Below are positions 42,601 through 53,600 of a DNA stretch of 64,000 bases, piece by piece. The position numbers were made by a program, and so were the translations under genes. The stretch lies in the NCBI RefSeq assembly GCF_037042905.1, contig NC_087246.1:9550001-9614000 (forward strand), written 5' to 3'. Source of the DNA: Lytechinus pictus (Eukaryota). The notes beneath the pieces are model-generated. The model worked only from the letters and a program-made list of their open reading frames with translations. It ran no database searches and was not told where the DNA came from. How positions within the stretch are numbered: the first letter of the stretch is position 1; every line of letters starts with the position of its first letter.

Positions 42601-45600
42601 CAATATTCATCGTTTCACGGTTCAATGAACATTTATTGAAAAAAAATACGAATTTCAAATATCATAGGCAAGTATTGTTTCATTTTGGTAACTGAAACTG
42701 ATCTTTTATCAACTTTTTCGTTATGTTCATGACCAATTAACATGCTTCAATGATTCAAAGGCGTTTAATTAAACATTCACGCTTGAATGAACATGTGGAA
42801 TGTGATTAGCTCTTTTTTACGAATAAGTAACCCCTTGTTCAATACGGTGGAACTTTTTTTCAAGGCTGTCTTTAGCAATGTCATTTGGCAGTAATGTTTA
42901 TCAACCTATGGGCAGAATTCTGTGCAAAAATGAAATCGATATGTTTATTTATGGATGAGTAAGCACGCATCAAAGTGGGAAAATGGGTATTTTCAATGTC
43001 ACAGACTCATTTTAAAGGGTAATGAGGTGAATATTGGGGGCAAATTCGGTTTCAAATATGACTTTAATTGTTGTTTTTATCATCCATCATTTCTATCACT
43101 ACACACTTTCCGAACTTTTAACATTTTCATGTTTGAGCGAGCACATTCAAAAACTTAGGAATGAATACTCTTTATACTGCATAAATGTATTCTTTTCTAA
43201 CAATTTCTCATGATCAGTTTAATTTATGGACAAATCAGGGGTGGATCCAGAAATAAAAAATGGGGGAGGGCCCTATAATCGGGGGAGCCACCAACATTTT
43301 CAAATTTTAATATGACCAAACAAGTTGTAGAGGATACTTCCAAAAACCCCTATGATGATACGTCACAATACAGGGGCCGCGGAACGGTTTTCAAAGTTGG
43401 GGGGGGGGGGGGGCTGACCATGCAAAAAATCACAATCGTATGGTCATTTTTACATTTTTGTACATGCTTTTGGAAAAAAGTGGGGGGCCCCAGCTCCCCC
43501 CCACCCCCGCTTCTGCGGCCCCTGCAATATTGTGCTCACTCAACCATGAACATACGATATCAAAATTGTGTGTGGAGTGGCTAAATGATGGATAGTAAAA
43601 CGGCATTAACACCATAAAATTCACCTAAATGACCTAACAACAACTTTTTCCCAACTTTGTATTTGCACAATCTGAAAAACGTCTCTTGTGACTTTCAAAA
43701 ATGGTCATTTTTAATTCAATCTTTAATTACTCATGCATGACTCAACCGATCAATCTCATTTTTCCCTAGGAGTTGCTTAATGAGTGTAGAAAACCACCTA
43801 AGAAATATCATATCTCAAAATAATTCCGTTCGAAAGTTACAGCAATTTGATTTAGGGGGGACTTACTTTTTTTGTTGTGTAGGCTATACATTTAAATCTG
43901 CAATTGAGAGGCACTGGAAATCCCATCCATTAAAATATTAACCATATCAGAGACAACCAAACATGATGAGGGTCAAATAAGCTTCTAGCTTCATGTCTCT
44001 GCATCCAAGTAAATCCAAGTATTAAGGTTTGAGGAAAATCCATTAAAGATTAAGAAAGTTTTGGATATTTGACACAGGGTGCTACATAACTTTTTAGATG
44101 AACTTGCCCTGTTGGGCAAGTAAATTTTTAAATAGTTGGAATATACTTCCCCAAAAATCTATTTCACTTGCCCGAAAAAATCCTTGAAAAAAAGTTTTAC
44201 TTCTTCAAAAGAAAATATTATGGTTTTAGAAACCATTGACCTTTTTTTTTCTCTTTTGACATGAACTGATGTACCTCGTTCTTGCATTTTTTAACAGAGT
44301 GATTTTATCTTGCCCGCCATGACCAAATTTAGGGTAATTTTGGTAATTCTACTGTGAGAATTTTGCTTGCCCAATTCGGGCAGTTTTGGTCTTTACTTCA
44401 AATCACTTGCCCCGGGCGATGGGGCAAGTGCTTATGTAGCACCCTGATTTGACATCATTATCAAGCAGCAGCCCTATGTTATTTTTTTTTTAAATATCCT
44501 CTTTATTGATCAATCATAAAATAAAGAAAGGTAATAAACATAAAACCCAGGCTATCAGTTCTTACCGAACACGATACAGGGTGGCAATATTAAGCATATT
44601 ATACAACATAGACCAGTACGACAATACACCAGACAGTGGCCTGTATTGTTTCCAGAAGATAGATGACATAAACAATGGCATAAACATGAATATGCAAAAA
44701 TAAACAAACATAAGGGTAAACATGCAAACAATGCCATGATTCTGCATACTTGGAAAAAAAAGATTTGGAGTCTGTTTACCTATTCAATGCGCATCATAAT
44801 CTTTGCAAAGTAAATTGATTAATCATAAATTTAGTTAGCTAAAAAAAATTCCATTACATTTCTACAATGTGATGGTCATGCATGTTAATATAAAATGCAT
44901 CAATTTCAATTTTTTAATGATATATCTTAATTTCTTTTTAGGAACAGTATACTGAAGCCTTAGGAGTAAAGGACAGTAAAAACCATTTTCAACTTTCTGA
45001 GAAAATGACATTTCATTGAATCGATTTTTTACCAAACGATTGTAGGAAAATTTCTCGAATTTTACGTCATCACGTCACAAATCAAATAATTAAAATTCTA
45101 ATTACTTTTTTATTCGTTGATAGATTTTTCTCAAACCTGGCTTGCCTTGGCTTTGGCCTTTGGTGGTTTGGCAATATTAAATAAAAATTATATATTTTTT
45201 CTTAAACTTGTCAGCTGTTCAACTCAGGGCAGGGCATGGGCGAAGTCCCAGGGGGACCTGTCCCCCCTACTCAAAATAGTAGGGGGGACACAATATCAAA
45301 TGTCCCCCCTACTCTTTGTGGTCTTTAAAAAAAAATTAATGATGGTAAGAAATACATCATTCAAAATCGAAATAAAACGTGTTTTAGGAGATGACTTTTT
45401 GGGGGGATGATAACCCTTTTTTTTTTTGCTTGTCAAAATTATTTTGGTCGAAATGACCTGAAATTGGGGGTGATAACTATTTTTTTTGGCTTGTCAAATC
45501 TATTTTTCGTCGAAATGACCTTAAATTTGGGGTGATAACCTTGTTTTTTTTGCTTGTCAAATTTTCCAGCCCCTGGCCTTGTCCCCCCTACCTAGTTTTG

Positions 45601-46024
45601 AGAGAGATTTCCGCCCCTGCCCCTGGGGGGGAACTTCCCCTTTTACTTTTACTTAGTACGATTATCAGTTTTGGTTTTAAAATCATTTCTAAAAAGGAGA
45701 CTTTGTTAAAACGTATGGTCTAACTCTAAGTCTAACTCACCTCATCTTCGCTTCTTTCAAAGCATCTTGTTCAAGCGTACTGAAGTCGACGGACAGGAGT
45801 GCTACGATAGAGTTGACGACTTCCAGGCCGGAGAGAACACGTAGAAGCTTCTTGCGTCCCTGGACCCAATTGTTGCTGGTGTCCAAAGGAGCACAAAGCG
45901 ACATGCGAACGAGACATGGCAGCAATACCCTCAGTTTATTCTCTCCTAGCTTCACGATGGCATCGATGTCGACATTCTGCATGGCCTGGAAGGCTTCAGG
46001 TGATACAACAGGTCTTGATAACAT
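21668..46024 (-). CDS. INTS2: Integrator complex subunit 2, complete 22-exon CDS (3441 nt, 1146 aa)
   Basis: Minus-strand exons 5'->3': 45741-46024, 38205-38337, 37614-37713, 36819-36932, 36173-36303, 35469-35642, 34437-34606, 32393-32518, 31782-31850, 31419-31533, 30985-31053, 29598-29732, 28872-29190, 28009-28287, 26963-27164, 26490-26606, 25083-25329, 24644-24754, 24154-24261, 23530-23635, 22979-23149, 21668-21828. All GT-AG and phase-compatible. Recognisable INTS2 peptides: LLPCLVRMSLCAP, VNSIVALLSVDF, ASFSEMLLLMAIHFH, LLHQMFIADPNLAKLIHFQGY, VAGIPSMHICLDFIPEL, QYALPKSLSVARLA, CRAFPPLYEDI. Confidence 0.96.
21989..22214. mobile_element. hAT-like MITE
   Basis: TIR cat(a/t)ggcggcggaagc; 8-bp TSD tggaggac (21981-21988, 22215-22222). 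Confidence 0.88.
22298..22696. mobile_element. Harbinger-like long-TIR MITE
   Basis: Long TIR ggcccgaattcacaaaggtggttttgaaaacccacg; 3-bp ATT duplication; largely palindromic interior. Confidence 0.85.
25851..26241. mobile_element. Second copy of the 22298-22696 MITE family
   Basis: Same TIR (ggcctgaattcacaaaaggtggttttgaaaacccacgg ... ccgtgggttttccaaaccacctatgtgaaatcggg) and central palindrome tattttattcatgagtccact / agtggactcatgaataaaata. Confidence 0.85.
33307..34260 (-). mobile_element. Helentron-associated non-autonomous element (HINE / DINE-1 / pearl-like) with an internal ~162-bp tandem array
   Basis: On the minus strand: subterminal IR gtctcacctgcat with adjacent partial inverted copy, (GGC)n microsatellite, ~5 tandem units containing tgacctttgacct, second subTIR atgcaggtgagac, short hairpin, terminal ttgt; A/T-run flanks and no TSD. 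Confidence 0.8.
34820..35006. mobile_element. MITE-like element with telomere-like (tagggtt) interior
   Basis: aatttgctcctgcgaaaatt ... ggagcaaatgttgctggagcaaatg inverted subtermini around tagggttagagttaggtt-type repeats. Confidence 0.55.
39560..39728 (-). mobile_element. Degenerate tRNA-derived SINE
   Basis: Minus strand: A-box-like agctcagtcgg, B-box-like gggtttgattccc, then gtgccctttggtaaggca core. Confidence 0.6.
40594..41687 (+). mobile_element. Internally deleted Kolobok-type DNA transposon retaining the 5' part of a KolX / P2X7-ballast-like ORF
   Basis: Perfect 18-bp TIR aggggtggtccaggccag, TTAA on both flanks (40590-40593, 41688-41691). ORF from 41053: MSGPAGYAFQP..acidic tract..RVGRNDWCRCGNCPVMPTARESI, which breaks before the expected CC. 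Confidence 0.8.
42169..43879. mobile_element. Non-autonomous TIR element with CAC..GTG termini (animal EnSpm/CACTA-like, tentative)
   Basis: Perfect 26-bp TIR cacaacaaaaaaagtaagtcccccct; TA on both flanks; splits the CR1 reading frame. Confidence 0.8.
43371..43524. mobile_element. G/C-run MITE nested in the CAC element
   Basis: TIR caggggccgc(g/a)gaa; caata repeated on both flanks (43366-43370, 43525-43529). Confidence 0.75.
44075..44446. mobile_element. hAT-like MITE
   Basis: TIR cagggtgctacataa; 8-bp TSD atttgaca (44067-44074, 44447-44454). Confidence 0.88.
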
Positions 46025-46736
46025 GATTTTGAAAGGTTATTTACCTTTTAAGCACACTATTGCTAAGTCTCAAGTTGAATTGGTCATATTCTAAGTCCTT
46101 GATTTTATTTTTCTGTGAAGTTATGGTGGTGTCGTTAATGAAAGTGGTAAAAAGGAAAAAAAGCCTCTTCTTCGGAGTGGCATACTTTGTCGCCAAATAA
46201 TTTAATAAGCAAGAAACAGAAAGATGTACAATACAGAGAAAATGGAAATGATCAAAAGAAATAGAAAACAGATATATAAATGAACAGACAATATAAAATA
46301 CATGAAAAAAAAAAGAAAATTGAATAGAACAAAGTCGGAACAAGGTAAGAAATAATGATATAAAGAATAATATATACTGTATATACCTCTTTCCGGATCG
46401 GAGCACATAGTTCTTGTCCGAAACTGACAGTGATCGAGAGTGTATGGTTTGCATAGCACCCTACTTACTTCCCTCCCTCGATGTCTCTCTCTCATCTGCA
46501 ATCTTCATTCTCTTGCCCTCTCACTCTCTCATCCTACCACCATTTTCTTCCCTCCCTTGATAGCTCTTTCATCTGCAAACTCTTCCTCACTCTCTACTCT
46601 TTCACCATCTCATTCTCTCATCTGCCATAGCCTTCTTCGTTTATATATATTCCAGCCTCTCGAAGCCCCACCCCTCTCTCCCCTGCCATGCAAATAATTT
46701 GCCAAAAGGGTTAAGTGCAGAAGGCAAAAAAAATCT

Positions 46737-47311
46737 TAAAGGGCAATTCCATCCCAACAAAAATTAGATTTGAATAAAAAGAGGGAAAGCATAATTTTTA
46801 TGCTGAAAATTTTGTGCAAATCGGGCATGAAATGGAAAAAGTTGTGATATTAACAAATTTTGCTCATTTTTCACAAACATGTTACACATATGCAAATGAG
46901 AGAAGATGTCACTCACTCACTAATTCTTTAATTTGCATTTTGTTGTTGAATTATACAAAATTTCATTTTGTGCAGACTTGGCAATACAAGATTATCAAAA
47001 TCACAAAATTGGTAACACTACATGGCAATTCAACACTTCCAGGGAGGAATCAAATTAAACTCACATTAATTTAGAGAGAATTGAATTTTTCATATTCATA
47101 TAGTAAAACACAAAGGAAATAGTGAGTAATGATGTCATCAATTCTCTATTTACATACCGGCGAGGTTGTGCAGACAAATGTTTTGTGAAATTAGGTGACT
47201 TTAATTTATTTGAATCTGATTTTGATGAAAATTTCAGATTTGTTTGTTGGATTTCTCTACATTTATTCAAATCAATATTTTATTGGGGTGCATGACTTAC
47301 TTTCCTTTTAA
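46737..47311. mobile_element. Degenerate TTAA-flanked (Kolobok-type) MITE; relatives at ~11906-12094, ~19760-20290, ~41703-45200 (interrupted) and ~52331
   Basis: ttaaagggcaattccatcccaacaaaaa ... tttattggggtgcatgacttactttccttttaa; shared interior motif gattttgatgaaattttca. Confidence 0.55.
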
Positions 47312-49177
47312 AATTTACAAGTGAAATTTATTCAAGTGATTTTTAAAAATAGATTTTGACATAGCATTGACAAGATATTACATATCATCCCTTTTAATTC
47401 CCCCTCCTGTTTCCTTGTTTGTGGAATTTCTAATTTTAGGGGGGGGGGGTGGGTAAATTATTACCCCCATTGAAATGCCTCGTCTTATCTACCTCTTTCT
47501 CTATCATTTGCCACTTTTCATCCTCCCCTTTCCCTTGATTAATGTTTCATTTAAATTGTTATAAAAAAACAAGATACCAACTTACAAAAATATACTGCCA
47601 AAAAAATGCATTTGTTATTAATGTCAAGTTTTACAAGACAAATGAAAGCTCTTTAGTATCAGCCCAAAAGCGGTCACCATCTTAAATACGTCACTCTAAA
47701 TTCATAGCCATAGCTACAGTCTCAGTTTGTTATGGCTGGGCAACAAGATAGCATGAATTCTTTTCTTCTATCCATCATTGCCAACAAAGTTTACTTTCTG
47801 CCCAATTAACAAGAACATAGGCAGTCAGAAGTGTCACAACTATACTGTTATAACTAATTTCCTGATTTTCATCTCCTCTCTTTTAGGACGTCTCTCAGAA
47901 GCACTTTCTATAATGGTGTTAAATCATTATTTGGTAAGCAAAACGATTAACTGTCATCATTTTCAAAAGGTAGATCACTTTAATCATAAGAAAATATATA
48001 AACCACTATACACATCTACATTATAATACTCCTAAATGGTTCATGAAAACTATTTGTCTTTTTTAGAGCATGTACACAATATTTCTGATACATTGAGTGC
48101 ACAGATAAAATCGTTTTCAATTTTATGAAAAAATACAATTCGTGGACTTTGTCACATAATATATTATGGAGCTGCTAGCATATGATATCACAAAATTAAA
48201 ACTTTAAAATCCATAAGTCTGACATTTTTATCACACAACTCTCAGTGAAAGCGCTTCAAAAACATTTGTAAACATACATACAACAATGTGATTTTTTTTA
48301 CAGGGGTATCATCAAACACTCCAAGGTTACAGAAGTGTAGTGACTGTTGATAATTTATATTAATGTGAATTTTACAAATGAGAATGTCTAGCATCCTTTC
48401 TTTCTTATATGTTTCTTTTTCTTCATTACAAAAAGGCACACTTAACACTAACATATGTTTCATATCAATTTATTGATTGCATATCAGAACTTACAATTAT
48501 ATCATGTACTAGTTAATTTCAGCTAATTTCATGCTCAAAAAGTGGTTTTTATATAAGATCTCAAAAGAAATCAGTTTTTGTTTTGATAAAATGCCAGTAA
48601 TTATTTCTCACATAAAGACTACTAAAATTCAAAATTCAATACATTTTCTTTGGATAAGAAGGGATAGTAATAGCTGTAACGATTTGACAGTTGACAAATA
48701 ATATAAGCACATATTATCTCTAACTATCTTCATATTCAAGATACAAATTCCATTATAATTGTATTGCATGTAGACAACTATGTCTGTTGTGTGCAGTCCT
48801 AGCAGTGTAGCTTAAACAAAGTAAGAAATATAAGAGATGTTCATTTTTTCAAGATTATATGGAGCTAAATTAAGCACAAAAATAAGATAAGTTATAAAAT
48901 AAAACCAAACTGACTCTGACATTATACTTTTAATACCCTACCCCTTTTTTAATTTTGCATTATTCTCACTTTTATATTTGACAATAATTGGGGAATGGGG
49001 ATAGAGGAGTGTTCTCTTAGGCAGAGTTCTGCCATCAGATGTGAAAATGAAATTTACGAATCTTCCTGGATACATGTAAATGTAAATGCAACAAAGAAAT
49101 TTGAATTCAGGAAGTAATTTTGCACCATAGATTATTTATAATTAAATTTATATGGAATATTATCATTTTGAATATTA

Positions 49178-50087
49178 GAAAGTCGAAAAGGGGCCTAAGC
49201 TTTCGATCCTAGCAGAATCTTCGTCGGAGGCAAAATGACAAACATATAAAGTGGAACAACCATAATATAGACCACAAACAAGCTACAGCAACACTAGAAA
49301 CAAGGAGACAAAAGGGGCATTAGTGAGTAGAGAAGACCAATCAGGTTAGTGAAGGGGATGAAAGAAAAGGAGTAGGCAGACACAAAGGGAAGTTAGTGTA
49401 AGTAAGGCCAGTAAAAGACCTCAAGCCAAGAGGGATTAAAATAATGAGGCAAGCAACATCAAACAGGATCTGGAACAAAACAGTGATAATGGGATGATAT
49501 TTATATACATATCACTTATAGATACATATTTACACTTACCTTCTTCTCTTAGTTTGTTTAATGCTTTATCATATATACTTTTATGTCTTTTGCACATTAT
49601 CAGTTGTTCCCCATTCTTTTCCTTTCCCCCCCCCCACTCTTATGAACCAGTTTATTAAGCCTTTCTTTGTAACCTGTTTGACCCACCTCTCACTAATTCT
49701 CTTGTTTTTCATCCCATTATCACTGTTTTGTTCCAGATCCTGTTTGATGTTGCCTGCCTCATTATTTTAATCCCTCTTGGCTTGAGGTCTTTTACTGGCC
49801 TTACTTACACTAACTTCCCTTTGTGTCTGCCTACTCCTTTTCTTTCATCCCCTTCACTAACCTGATTGGTCTTCTCTACTCACTAATGCCCCTTTTGTCT
49901 CCTTGTTTCTAGTGTTGCTGTAGCTTGTTTGTGGTCTATATTATGGTTGTTCCACTTTATATGTTTGTCATTTTGCCTCCGACGAAGATTCTGCTAGGAT
50001 CGAAAGCTTAGGCTCCTTTTTGACTTTCTAATTTACTCCATTGGCTCTCTTTTATTAGATAAGCAGTTTTCAGCAGCTTCTTTTTGC
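49178..50087. mobile_element. Penelope-like element remnant: inverted pseudo-LTR pair
   Basis: ~324-bp near-perfect inverted arms 49174-49497 and 49709-50032; 14-bp flanking duplication cattttgaatatta (49164-49177, 50088-50101); hammerhead-like motif in each arm. Confidence 0.8.
49975..50013 (+). ncRNA. Minimal type I hammerhead-ribozyme-like motif (variant core); mirror copy on the minus strand at 49193-49231
   Basis: gcct-CCGACGA-a-gattct(gct)aggatc-GAAA-gc-TT-aggc: stem I gcct/aggc, 6-bp stem II, palindromic aagctt in place of stem III; core has C at the canonical U4 position. Confidence 0.5.
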
Positions 50088-50609
50088 CATTTTGAATATT
50101 ATCAGTTGTGTATCACAAATAAAGTGAAAGCTGTTTATTTTTTGCTATATAATTTCACACATCATGTATGTACAACTTAAACTGCTGTTATGCAAGACCT
50201 ATTCCTATAGATGTAAAAATGAAATATTTAAAAAGCTTATAAATGTCTAATGATCAAATATCACAGATTTGAAATATACTACAAACATTATAATACATTT
50301 CCCATGCATTACTGATAATTTACATATTTGATATATCATGCAAGTAAATACATTGATTGGTAAATCACTTTGACAGAAAAAGAATGATAGACTACATTAA
50401 TAAATTAATCATTAAATAAGTAAATTTAAATCACAAAATATAAGCAAAATGAATTAATACATAAATGCATAGAAAAATATAATAGAATGATACAAATTAA
50501 TAAATTTATGAATATGTGCTTTATCTTCTTATCAATGAATAAAAGTCAACATTGACTCTTTGATTTGATAACAAATAACTTCGATGACAGAGTTTGGCTA
50601 AGAATGAAG

Positions 50610-53600
50610 TTATTTGAGGGTCATGATGCGTACATGCTGTCTCATCCATGTCAGCCCTTGGTCTTTGAAATGCTGGTTCATGTGATCATTGTCTGCTAAA
50701 AGCTCGATGGAAAATTTCTCTCCTTGAATGATGAGATGGGAGCACAAGATGCCAAGTACAGGATCGGAAAAATAATCAAAGAAAAGTAAAATAAACCACA
50801 AATACAAAAACACAATATTAACAAGCAAATATGTAACATTCACAATAAAAAATAAGTTCAGGCAGACTCAAAACATCAGAGAGCTAATATTCAACATGCA
50901 TAAAGTAAACAGTTACACTTATAAATGTGACTTTTAATAACTCGATCCTAGCGTCTTCAATACTGTACTTCATTCGCTTTTGGAAAGTAGTCATTGTTGG
51001 CTAACATCTTCTCTCCTGAAAAGATTAGGGGAAGGGATAAATTTTGAATAACAATAAGAAGAAAGGAAAGATATAGATGCAATCAAATGTGAAAATAGAT
51101 AACACAAAAAGGTTAAACTTAATATAAGGAGATACATTGAAATTGTTACACACATTACAGAACTTTGTCAAAATCTTTAAAAATAATGATGAACAAAACA
51201 AAGGATAAAACAGGAAGATGTCTCATTTCCAAACTGTCACCAAATCGATTACCATTTCATTCTTTTACTTCTTGGCTTTCAATAACATTACTTGAATATA
51301 AGACATTCTTTAAATTACTGAAATTCCACTTACTACAATCTCTTTATTTATTGAAAATTTCTTTTTTTTCCCCATTCTTTTCTTTATATTTATTTACTGA
51401 TAATTAGACACAACCAGGGACGGATCCAGAATTTTTCTAATGGGGGGCACATTTTTCCGAGGAAAAATTTCCAAAAAAAAAAAGTCTTCACTTTCTTCAA
51501 AAGGGGGGCACAATTTTATTTTAACGGCATTTTTACATGACAAATTTTAATTGTGCCTCTCAAAAGGGGGGGGGGGGGGGGGCATGGATCCGCCAGTGGA
51601 CACAACATTTTAATCAAAACAAAATCTGATTTTGTTGCACATTATACTTGTGATTGGTCTCAGCCCGGTCATGTGACAAAAGATTGGTAGGGCTTAAATC
51701 AAATACATGATCATTAGAGTATTTGATAACAATGCACGCACATGTAGTTGACTATCAAATTTATAAAATCTCACTCAAACGACAGGGATTTCTTATTGTT
51801 ATTCATTGGAGTTATTTCTTTTCTGATCGGCAATATTGGCATGATCAAAATATTCAAATACTTCAAGGCCTTGCTTTGAGGTTATCTCCAAAGACTATGA
51901 GGGAAGTATATGAGGACAACAATACAAATTATTTGTCTCATCCATGTCAATCCTGCCTTCATAAATTGATCATTATTTGCATGCAAGTGATCCATGTTGG
52001 CTAGTTACTCTATGGTGAACTTCTAACCTGAAACAAATATAAGGATTATTTAAAGGAAACAGACAAAGCTTGGTATAACACAAAAAAATTAAGTGACGAG
52101 AATGGTTCAATCACTACAACGGCAAAATAAAAAAATATAATATAAAGAGGTTTTAAGTTTAAGAAAGGGAAATATTTACAGGTTCGTTAACATTCAAACA
52201 AAAATACAAATGCCTCAAGGCCCTATAGATTTTTTTTCTTACAATAGCTTCCAAAAAAAAAATAGATATATAATACACATACAACAGAGTTAGTAAAAAA
52301 AATCGTGGATGAAAAAAGGAGCAAATTAGGTTAAAGGTGAGCCCACTGCACAAGTTGACTTAAATGAAAACAGAAAAATAACAGAAGCATTCAGTTGGAA
52401 TTGTTCAAACATTCATAAAAAAATAGCCGAATTATAAATTTTGAAAGATCTAATATTACATCACATGCGAGTACTATCCCAATATGTCATGCAATATAAA
52501 ATAAATGAATCACTATTCTCAAATAAGCAACATAATTGAAAACATATATTATTCTTACCATATAACTTTTGTATAACTTCATCAGGCACTGTATTGGGAG
52601 AACCTGAAAGAACAATAAAAAAGAATTACCATCCACATACCCCAAAGCAGGTCTCAAAAGGATATCTATCATTCACCAGGTAGAATTAATGTTACAAAAC
52701 CAGCAATAGGAGCTTGAAAATGCTAAAAAATACTGGTACAGAATTAAATTCATGTGAGCTTTGGAGGTTTGTACGGCGGTAAGACTGAATGGAGAGTTTT
52801 GCTGTAACACCATGTAAGGAAAAGGACTATTGGTTATCTTTCTGATAGTAGATCTGAAAAGAACTTTTATTCTTGACATTTCGAGCACATAAAATCCTGA
52901 TGAAGAGCAAAGCTTATGTGCTCGAAACGTCAAGAATAAAAGTTCTTTTCATAGCTACTATCAGAAAGATAACCAACAGTCCTTTTCCTTACATAGTGTT
53001 ACCGCAAAACTCTCAATTAACTTTATATATAATAATATTGGAATTAACTTTTGATCAAAAGAGACACCTGCATTGTACTGCTAATAATCTTTTTAAATGG
53101 GAACAATTATATAAAACAAAAATATAACAAGTGGAGCGCCTCTGGCAGTCTTGCCTGCATTACGCAATTCAATATAGCAGCAGTGCTGACTTTGAAAACG
53201 ACTATACAATAATCATTCACAAAAAACACCAATCATATGATGATGAAAAAATACTATATTCACTCACCCTAAATGACATTTGACCTTGATCATATGACCA
53301 AAGACTTGTGCAAGACGATAAGTGATAGATCCATAAACTTTCAAAATTATGATGGCAATTCAACAAATACCCCCAACACGGCCAAAGTTTATTGACCTTG
53401 GTCATGTGACATGAAACATGTTCAGTAATACTTGATTAACCTTATGTTCAAGTTTCATGAACTAGATCCATATACTGTCAGAGTTATTATATTTAAACAA
53501 GTGGAGCGCCTCTGGCAGTCTCACCTGCATCATGCGATTCAATATAGCAGCAGTGCTGACTTTGAAAACTACTATAAAATAATTATTCACAAAAACACCA

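Larger units (their letters stand above)
41771..44021 (+). mobile_element. 5'-truncated CR1-clade LINE 3' end, interrupted by a TIR element
   Basis: KIYKAIIRPTLKYCNPAW..LEKIQRATRLLP..YPERLRILGLPTLSYRRQR..TRGHSMK..WNTLPEEAVSATSVN (to ~42165) resumes as TFKSAIERHW at ~43888; ends in the tandem tail atccaagtaaatccaagta. Confidence 0.85.

Noticed and set aside
46460..46690. Ser/Leu-rich ORF upstream of INTS2
   Set aside because: Low-complexity CT-rich tract; could be a GAGA-type promoter feature but there is no coding evidence.
52673..53127. Pair of similar ORFs (MTFRAHK...) on opposite strands as a duplicated gene
   Set aside because: Artefact of the inverted duplication; non-ATG starts and no splice or domain support.
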